Shown here one piece after another: positions 55,701 through 64,000 of a DNA stretch of 64,000 nucleotides. Position 1 is the stretch's first letter, and each line of letters begins with the position of its first letter. The notes beneath the pieces were generated by a model that searched no databases, was not told where the DNA came from, and worked only from the letters and a program-made list of their open reading frames with translations. Source of the DNA: Macrostomum lignano (lineage: Eukaryota); NCBI GenBank assembly GCA_002269645.1, contig NIVC01001539.1:124001-188000 (forward strand). The letters are read 5' to 3'. Made by a program: the position numbers and the translations under genes.

Positions 55701-56076
55701 GGAAAATCTGCTACTGGAAGCAAATACTGATGGATTTCTGTCGAAATTTTAGTCTTGCTCAGTAGCCCAAAAGCTTTTTATTTGAACGATAATATCTGCT
55801 ATCTAAAGCAGCAAGTAGACTGAACTTGCAAACTGAACCTGTGCACACATTGATAGAATTCCGTGACGGAGAGAGCTGCAACTAGCATTAACCGTCACCC
55901 AAAAAACTGTTTGCGATGCAAAGATAAAAGCCAGTCCTGCTTGCCATGTTCATACCAAGTCGTTTTACCTAATCTGGGCGAAAAACTTGACTTCTCTACT
56001 TCGAAGGCCTTCAACATTTATAAACTACACAAGCACTTCAAAATCTTTTGCAAGTCAACTGCGGTGTACAATTCAG

Positions 56077-56892
56077 ATGAAGTTGCGCCTGTTACTAACT
56101 GTCCTGAGCAGTACAGCATCATTGCAGCTGTTTGCATGGCTTCAAATCTTTTGGGCATCGACAGTGCTATCCAAATCCTGCAGCGAATCCAAGGTCGCAT
56201 TCCACAAGACCACCGGCGTGGACTGCGTGCGACCCGAGTTCATCCACATCGTGCCGGGTCTGTGCACTGAACTCGACTGCGGCATTGCCTGCGCTAGGAA
56301 GGACAAGTGTCAGGCCTTCTCAGTGCTGACAGCTGGAGCCTGTCAGTGCAAGCTGTTCCTGTTCGATGCGTGCAGTCACCGTGTGCAGTCTGTGCCGAGC
56401 TGCACTCACCAGGTGACTGTGTATGTGAGGTCTCTGCCCGGCGTACCTCCGGGTCGCCTGTGTCCGTCCGGATACGAGCACACGAGACACGGCACCTCGT
56501 ACAAGTTTGTCATGGATAAGACGGTCACCTGGAACGATGCTCTCCAAAGTTGCAGCGCCGAGGCTGGACTCTCGAAGTTCGCTGACGCAATCGACTCCGA
56601 CGAATCGAGCTACCTGCTGAATCTGCAGCGCAATGTCATTGCGAAAGCCTCATCACTAAATTTTTTCCTTGGAGGCAATCAGACTGCCGCGTTTACTCCG
56701 AAGTCTGACGGTTGGTTCTGGGTCGCCTGCAACAGCTCCATCAGCTCAAGCATGTGGTACACTGACCAGCCCAACCACGGCTTCCCAATACAAGGATGCA
56801 CTGGCCTTTATAAAAAGTACGCGACAGGATTGGATGACTTTCATTGCACCGAAGCAATCCAATATATTTGCGAATGCCAGTCAGTATTCTGA
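56077..56892 (+). CDS. Secreted PAN/apple + C-type lectin protein (paralog 2), intronless, 271 aa
   Basis: Hydrophobic N-terminus; PAN-like TELDCGIACARKDKCQAFS..GAC; CTL features TWNDALQSC, FFLGG, WFW, DQPN, DDFHC, YICEC. Confidence 0.85.
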   Translation: MKLRLLLTVLSSTASLQLFAWLQIFWASTVLSKSCSESKVAFHKTTGVDCVRPEFIHIVPGLCTELDCGIACARKDKCQAFSVLTAGACQCKLFLFDACSHRVQSVPSCTHQVTVYVRSLPGVPPGRLCPSGYEHTRHGTSYKFVMDKTVTWNDALQSCSAEAGLSKFADAIDSDESSYLLNLQRNVIAKASSLNFFLGGNQTAAFTPKSDGWFWVACNSSISSSMWYTDQPNHGFPIQGCTGLYKKYATGLDDFHCTEAIQYICECQSVF

Positions 56893-58248
56893 AGATCTCT
56901 GACCAATTAGTAGAATATTTGAGAGCGTAGACAAAAACCCACCGTTTGCAGACGAAATGTCGAGAATATTTTCACACCCACGCAAAAAGGACAATTCCGA
57001 ATTCCAAACTTTCCACAGGGGTTGGAGCGCAGGGCTTTGAAAAGTGACCAGAAAAGACTAAGTATTGATAGACATGTACAGGATATAAAAGAATATCAAA
57101 AATGTATTGATATTTCGGCCTCGATTCCGTTAATGCAACACCTTTCATGTAGTCATTTTCGGCCTGTCCCGTGTGCCTTTCTGGTCGACATTCTCTTTCC
57201 CTGTCTAAGCTTTTTGCTAGCTATCTGATAGATGAATTTGTTCAAGCAAAACAATACGATCTAAATATTCATGTATTTTGATGAATAATTCTAATTCTAA
57301 TTCTATTCTGTTTCCCGAAGTTCTTTTAGCGACTCTTAAGTGACACATAGGCAAGAAAAATATATGGCTCATAGCAACCAGATCCTGTTAACCCAGTGCA
57401 GCGCATTCTGGTAAGCCTGATGCAACCATTGTACCAGAACAAGCTGACTGTCAGAGACCGTCTATAAGCAGGACGAACGTCGTGTCTTGATGCTTGTTTT
57501 TTAGTGTTTTCTAGTCAGGATTTCATTGTACTTCTTGATGTAAGTTTTCAATTTGGAACATCTACAATTCGATGAAGCACAGAGGCTGAAGAATTTGTGA
57601 GTAGAGTAGTAGCAAGTTTTTCTACACATGTCTTAACTGTTTTACGCAAATACAGTGCTATCTAAGTTTGAGTAAGACATTTGATTAGGGAGACACAAAC
57701 TCGGGCATGGATACATCTATATTACTAGATCGGTCTTTCCCAGAAGATCAAAATAAGTCGTCCGCTTAGAAACCAAAGAACGTATAGTTTGTGTGCATTG
57801 AATCAGAGAAAACACATATACATGTACGGTAAATCAGCCTGATTTAGCCTCTCAAACCAAGTTGTCTATGGCCATAACAGAATAATTTTGTATCACGCTG
57901 ATAGTAACTGGACTGTACTCCAAGTTATACAAACCATGCCTCAAATGAAAAGAATTGTCAGTGAACACAAACATCAAATGTTGAATGCCAACACGTTTCG
58001 TCTAACCGACGTCTTCAAGGTAGGTTAAAAATTGCATTAGTTTAACATAACAAGCAATGCTTGTAACAAAAATTCTCGAGCATAACATACATTCCAAAAG
58101 GTCCTGTTTTTATGTCACGGACAGTTCAGTAAATAAAAAACAACGTTTAACTAACCAAGCTACAGTGTAAACGTTAGTCGCTAGTCGCTATTAGTCGAAC
58201 AAGTTAGTCGTTGGTTGCACTGATTAAGTTTATCAACTGATCCTCATT

Positions 58249-59762
<1,514 letters not shown>

Positions 59763-62174
59763 TTCTTGGCTGCATTTCTGATTGAGATTTTAACAGTGCT
59801 TTATATACAATAACTTTTGCATCCAGCCCATTTAACTATTTAAGCACTGCTCAAATGTTTAACAAGGGCCAACAATCATCTACTTAACTCAAGCCGTCCA
59901 TTCTTTGTGCCTGCTTGTGCCTGAACCTGAAGATTTGTCGTGCAGCGCTCTGTGTGGCATTTTAAAAGCCATTTATCGAAAGATGATGAATGATGCTAGG
60001 AATGATTTGATTAGCAAAAATGTATGGCTGGCTAACGGAGAAAATACACTTTGGAATCTTAATTGTTTCCCAAGTTTATTCTGATAAAATTGCTTTCAAA
60101 CAAAAATCACTGCAAGCGTGATTGATGGTCTCATGGTCAGCTCGTAGCTCGAATTACTTCATCTTGTCTGAAGTTTGATTCTCATAAACTGATGTGAAAC
60201 TCTTATTCTATTTGAACGGAAACTCAATTTTACACAAATTAATGCAGCTAATTGGATTAAAACACCATTCGCAACGAAAATATATATTCTTCTGTTTGAG
60301 CATTATCAGCATATTTCAATTTTGACGCTGAAAATATTGAGGCGCGCAAACAAAAACTAAATTGCGTAATTTGATATAAAAGTATCGAAATGAGCCAATG
60401 CTGGACAAACTCCGCTTAAAAACACTTCGAATTAAAGTCTGTAGAGTTTTTCGAGTAGTCAAATAGTTAAGAGTATAACAAAATTACCTGAAATCCACAA
60501 CTTTCACTTTGTGGGCTTTGGGTAGCAAAGTGGCTATAGCTCCAGTGTTTTGCGCTTCAACATTCTGTATCCAACCAATACTGCTATTCCTGGCAGCGGT
60601 AAAAGCTCCCGCGACCTGTTTGATGAGTATAAACCCAAACACAATATCCAGTGTTTTCCGGGTCAGATTGGAGACATCAGTATTAGCGATAGAAAATGGT
60701 TGCCATCCAAAGGTCGGCGTTTAGTTCCACCAACAATGTTTTGAGGGAAAACACCAAGAAACTGTAACATTTAAAAGTTTACATACAGTTTTTATGCAAC
60801 TAATCGACGGAAATGATCAGCATCAGCAACAAAAAACAAAAAACAAAAGGTCAGGGTCTTAAGAAGTCAGGGTCACAAGGTTCGCAAAAGAAGGACGCAC
60901 CACCCACCGAATCCAGGGTGCCGGCGTCAGCCAGTCTGGGCAGTCGATGTAGGGTGCCTGCAGCGTCAGCAGCAGCACCTGCATCGGCTGTGGGCAGTAT
61001 GACTCGGCGCGGATGATGTAGCCTGTCAGCTGGAGTCGCCGACGGTGTCATATGTCGATCCAGATCAACGACGAGAGCGAGTCACCATCGTACAACCCAC
61101 AGGCAGGCCACGCTATCCGCATCGAGTCGTACTGCCCACAGCCGGTCTGCAGGAGGTGCTGCTGCTGACGCTGCAGGCATACCACGGGGCGGAGGACAGG
61201 TGCACACTCAAGGTTGGCTCGTACGTCGATTGCCAGCTGGCTCACAACTGCTGGATCCGGTCTGGGTCAGTGGTGGCGTGGCCTACGTTCGCGCCTAGAT
61301 CCAGAGGCGTGTTCATGGACAACTCCTTACTACTAATTTCTAAGAGAACCGAGTGAAGCGTCCTTCCCTTGGTCCATGGCGCGATTTATGACTTTTAAGA
61401 CCTAAGTTGCATCTACGAACATAGTAGTTTTTTAAATTTTACAACTATAACAGCGATCGTAGGCCGCACCGTCTACTCATAATGGCAGTGATAGCATTTT
61501 TCATAGCGTCGTAGCTATGTCCGATTATAACTGACTAATTGCGGCTTGGTCAGGCCAGGCCCAACAATATTCAAGCTACCTACTAACATTGACGCGTGGG
61601 GTAGGGACAAAAGAATGGAAATATTATTTTAACATCTGCTTAGCTAGGTGGAGAGGCATTTGCCCCACAGATACAAAAAACGTAGCCCAAATCGATTTAG
61701 GCAGTCAACCGTGTCAGGCCCTTCGTTATCGCTTCAACTTTGTGAGCAGCCGCCTCACTCCCAGCTCCGCTCCCGCCTCCTGCCACAGACAGCAGCCTTC
61801 ATCCATCAAAAATGGTTAGGAAATAAGCGGCAAAGGGTCGGAATTAAGCTGGCTTTGCTATCCCCGCAATAAGGATTAATAAATAATTCATGGGATGGCG
61901 TGGGATCCAATTATCGGCGCCAATAGAAAAAAATCGATGATCCCTGGAGTGGTGGTCGGAAAACACTCGAAACCATGCAGTTTTGTTTTTAGCCTACGTG
62001 CAGTACAATCTATTGAGTATAAAATTCTTGCAATGAAGCAGAATTTCAGCTCTAATTATAATTTTTAGCCCAAACTCGCGGGAGTAGTTGAAACCAGGCA
62101 GCAATACTTCAATTGACTCAGTAGCAGTCTATATTACCTTTCAAATTCGAACAACTTCGCGCTATCTGCGCATC

Positions 62175-62939
62175 ATGGAATTCTATATGGTAGCTTTTGC
62201 TCTACTTCTGGAACTCTTCTCCGCTTCAGCGGTGCTCTCTGAGTCGTGCGAATCCAAGGTCGCATTCCACAAGACCACCGGCGTGGACTGCGTGCGACCC
62301 GAGTTCATCCACATCGTGCCGGGTCTGTGCACTGAACTCGACTGCGGCATTGCCTGCGCTAGGAAGGACAAGTGTCAGGCCTTCTCAGTGCTGACAGCTG
62401 GAGCCTGTCAGTGCAAGCTGTTCCTGTTCGATGCGTGCAGTCACCGTGTGCAGTCTGTGCCGAGCTGCACTCATCAGGTGACTGTGTATGTGAGGTCTCT
62501 GCCCGGCGTACCTCCGGGTCGCCTGTGTCCGTCCGGATACGAGCACACCAAATACGGCACCTCGTACAAGGGGAGCACAGAGATCGCCTTCTGGTCGACT
62601 GCCAATCAGACCTGCAGCGCGGAACCTGGTCTGTCCAAGTTCGCTGACGCAATCGACCTTGACGAGGTGGAGTACCTCCACTCGTTGAAGCAGCAGATCG
62701 GACTTGGATTCAGTTACTTTCTCGCGCGGGCTGGGAATCCAGCAAACGTGCCATCCAGTTGGTTTTGGACTGGCTGTAATTTGCCTATCAGCGCCTCAGT
62801 CTGGCATGCCGGTGAGCCGAACGGGCCTGCTGAGTTACTCTGCGCCAATCTCTTTAGTGGATTTTCTTCGGGAGGCATAGACGACTTCGAATGCACTGGA
62901 ATACATCGCTACTTTTGCGAGTGCCAGTCAGTGTTTTAG
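62175..62939 (+). CDS. Secreted PAN/apple + C-type lectin protein (paralog 3), intronless, 254 aa
   Basis: Signal peptide MEFYMVAFALLLELFSASA; PAN module nearly identical to paralog 2; CTL with WFW, GEPN, DDFEC, YFCEC. Confidence 0.87.
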   Translation: MEFYMVAFALLLELFSASAVLSESCESKVAFHKTTGVDCVRPEFIHIVPGLCTELDCGIACARKDKCQAFSVLTAGACQCKLFLFDACSHRVQSVPSCTHQVTVYVRSLPGVPPGRLCPSGYEHTKYGTSYKGSTEIAFWSTANQTCSAEPGLSKFADAIDLDEVEYLHSLKQQIGLGFSYFLARAGNPANVPSSWFWTGCNLPISASVWHAGEPNGPAELLCANLFSGFSSGGIDDFECTGIHRYFCECQSVF

Positions 62940-63929
62940 TCTGCAAATAATTGAACGAATAGCCGAATATTTATGTATGAACACCAAGGCTTGGATTTGC
63001 AGGAAACTTTTTAACTCGACTTTTCTACCGCAGTCTCTAGTTATCCTAACCATTTTTTTTATTTTCTCTCACCATCTAGTGGAAAGTAATAGTGTGCGTC
63101 TTTTGCAGGTAGATGTGCATTGGTTATTTTCGAATTTTCTTTTCTACATCTAAAAGTACATACCAGGTATTATACATCTTTCATGAAATATGTTTAGAGA
63201 TATATAACTTCCTTGAAATTGTAACAGAAGGAACAATTTTGTTTGCAGCAATGCGAACTTTCTAGAAATGTTATGTCACAGACACAGACAATGGAACACT
63301 TTGCTGGTTTTTTAACAACCTTTAAATATATACTTGAAAAATGGCTTCTATCTTTCGAAGCAGCCGAACGCTGTTAGCGAGACAAGTTAAAACCATAAAA
63401 GTGTACTCGTACTCATTAAATCTACATGCAGCTTGAATAACTCCCCCCCTCCCCTTACTCGGATATCGGACAACAAGCTATTATTAAGCTCCAACATGCG
63501 GGTGGGAAGAGCAGCAACGCCCAGTCTAGTTAAGCTAAGATTAAGATTAAGTTACTCTATGTATGATCTATAGGGGACGATTTTATTAACAAAAATGGTA
63601 TTGCTTTGTTTATCTATCAAAGTAACTATACCATTCCTTACATTAGTAATTTACATTCACGAAGCCGTAAATAGCTTTAGTATTTCGGTAAAATGCTCAA
63701 ATTCATGCCAGGATAAATATAGTGAAAAAAATCTTTTTTTCCTGCACCAGATAATGAACGAATGTGTCGTAACAGGCCCAATGCATTTTTCACTAAGAAT
63801 AGTACAGCGTTATGATGATAACTAAAAACCACCTAGGTTCGAGTGCTTAACCTAATGCATGCTGTGTGGCATGCTCACCTCCGAGTGAGTCCTTTACTTG
63901 ACACTCTGTCGCCGTGGAGGTCTAGTCTG

Positions 63930-64000
63930 TTCATACAAGCCAGCCTGTTGCGCCGCCAGCGACTTCAGTAGGCAGGCCACATCATACGTACGCTCGTAGA
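63930..64000 (+). mobile_element. Possible decayed RTE/CR1-type LINE fragment at the window edge
   Basis: Translates IQASLLRRQRLQ*AGHIIR, resembling the RRLRWAGHVxR motif of RTE-type ORF2 C-termini (TGG changed to TAG). The match is short. Confidence 0.35.

Noticed and set aside
60485-60775. Possible minus-strand exon with good splice signals
   Set aside because: No frame is open from acceptor to donor and the peptides have no recognisable motif.

Overview
Eukaryotic (animal) genomic DNA, most likely a flatworm. This is an inference from an EF-hand + dynein-light-chain TAL-family gene; the repeat-stuffed introns and GC-rich exons resemble Macrostomum. From left to right the window holds: (1) GA/CT minisatellites and a probably intact LOA-like LINE (ORF1; APE-RT-RNaseH-CCHC) next to a tRNA-derived CORE-SINE; (2) a 12-exon Meis/homothorax TALE homeobox gene on the minus strand (about 9.8-28.2 kb), with many introns filled by tandem arrays; (3) a 28-bp satellite and a (GATA)n/(GACA)n block; (4) a 3-exon TAL gene head-to-head with an intronless class I/II aminotransferase; (5) a 15-exon thioester protein (TEP/A2M/CD109 family); (6) three PAN + C-type lectin genes, one broken by a full-length Ty3/Gypsy LTR element, and a PAN + fibrinogen-domain gene. 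The best candidate for an undescribed system is the 42-63 kb block. There a secreted TEP sits beside secreted proteins that share a homologous PAN module fused to alternative recognition domains (CTL or FReD), with signs of gene conversion in the PAN part and divergence of the lectin part. All gene models were built by eye from splice signals and family motifs; no database searches were run.
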